This document shows, one piece after another, positions 47,086 to 47,755 of a stretch of 47,755 bases of DNA. Origin of the DNA: Octopus bimaculoides. Lineage: Eukaryota. The DNA lies in NCBI RefSeq assembly GCF_001194135.2, contig NC_068982.1:180037665-180085419 (forward strand), written 5' to 3'. The position numbers were made by a program, and so were the translations under genes. The notes beneath the pieces were generated by a model. The model ran no database searches, was not told the origin of the DNA, and saw only the letters and a list, made by a program, of their open reading frames with translations. Position 1 is the first letter of the stretch. Each line of letters begins with the position of its first letter.

Positions 47086-47690
47086 ATATTATATACGTTT
47101 GTATATGTATGTGAGATTGTACATACATACATACATACATACACACACATATATGTGTGTGTATGTTTGCAATTATATGTAGCCGTGTGAGTATATATAT
47201 ATTTAAACACACACACACACACTCAGCACTGGGTAAGCTGTACTTTACCATATACCCTCNNNNNNNNNNCAGCACTGGGTAAGCTGTACTTTACCATATA
47301 CCCTCTAAGGCAAAAAGAATTCGATATAAGATAATTTTAGAGTCAAAATCTAGAGTGGAAATTCATACATTAAATATCACATAGTGATTAGTGGCTTTCA
47401 GCCCGTAGGCAACAGCCCATATGAAGTAACATTAAAGAAAGAAGGTATTAGTGCTTAAAATTAGTATAGCGGTAACGTTTTTTTTTTTCAATTAAGACAG
47501 AATTCAGTTTGGTTTGAATAAATTATGCTAATTATTTGGTTATATATGGGTGTGTACCTTGCTTTACCTTGGGCCCTTAAGTCTTTGATGAAATCGTAGG
47601 GAACTGTGGTCAAATGAGGCGTATCTTAGACATTTTTTGTCCTGCCGGAGCACATCCCTCTTCGGGTCTGAACATAGCGATTTCTTCCAG

Positions 47691-47692
<2 letters not shown>

Positions 47693-47755
<63 letters not shown>
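47693..47755. repeat. (CA)n microsatellite
   Basis: Direct reading. Confidence 0.97.

Noticed and set aside
47224-47305. Exact 36-bp direct repeat flanking a 10-N gap
   Set aside because: Identical sequence on both sides of a minimal gap is the signature of unmerged overlapping contig ends. Treated as an assembly artefact.
47568-47683. Possible minus-strand exon with an AG|GTAAAG donor
   Set aside because: The acceptor is weak and abuts (TG)n, and the peptide is unrecognised.

Overview
Eukaryotic, AT-rich, microsatellite-saturated DNA with no prokaryotic features and no complete host gene. The repeat families (tRNA-headed SINEs with CORE-like and other central domains, R4/Dong-like, RTE, CR1 and Penelope-like retroelements, Tc1/mariner) together with extreme (TA)n/(CA)n/(TATG)n content suggest an octopus-type cephalopod genome; this is inference, not a database result. 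About 7.6 kb (about 16%) is N-gap, mostly bounded by microsatellites. Nearly all supplied ORFs are microsatellite or gap artefacts. Recognisable coding remnants are two R4/Dong-like RLE LINE fragments (4.3-5.6 kb, 23.5-24.3 kb), two RTE remnants, a CR1 3' end, a Penelope GIY-YIG endonuclease, a Tc1 transposase and a mariner transposase, plus one candidate 177-nt host exon (38255-38431). The best second-look items are minimal hammerhead ribozyme motifs in Penelope-like terminal repeats, a 52-bp telomeric palindrome inside an inverted-repeat element, an orphan 21-bp hairpin/three-way junction, a SINE nested antisense in its own family giving a 42-bp hairpin, a SINE family carrying an internal microsatellite, and an R4-like LINE sitting in a (CATA)n tract. 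I found no convincing wholly novel multi-gene system. Family labels A/B/C/D/G are my own working names, and the boundaries of degenerate copies are approximate.
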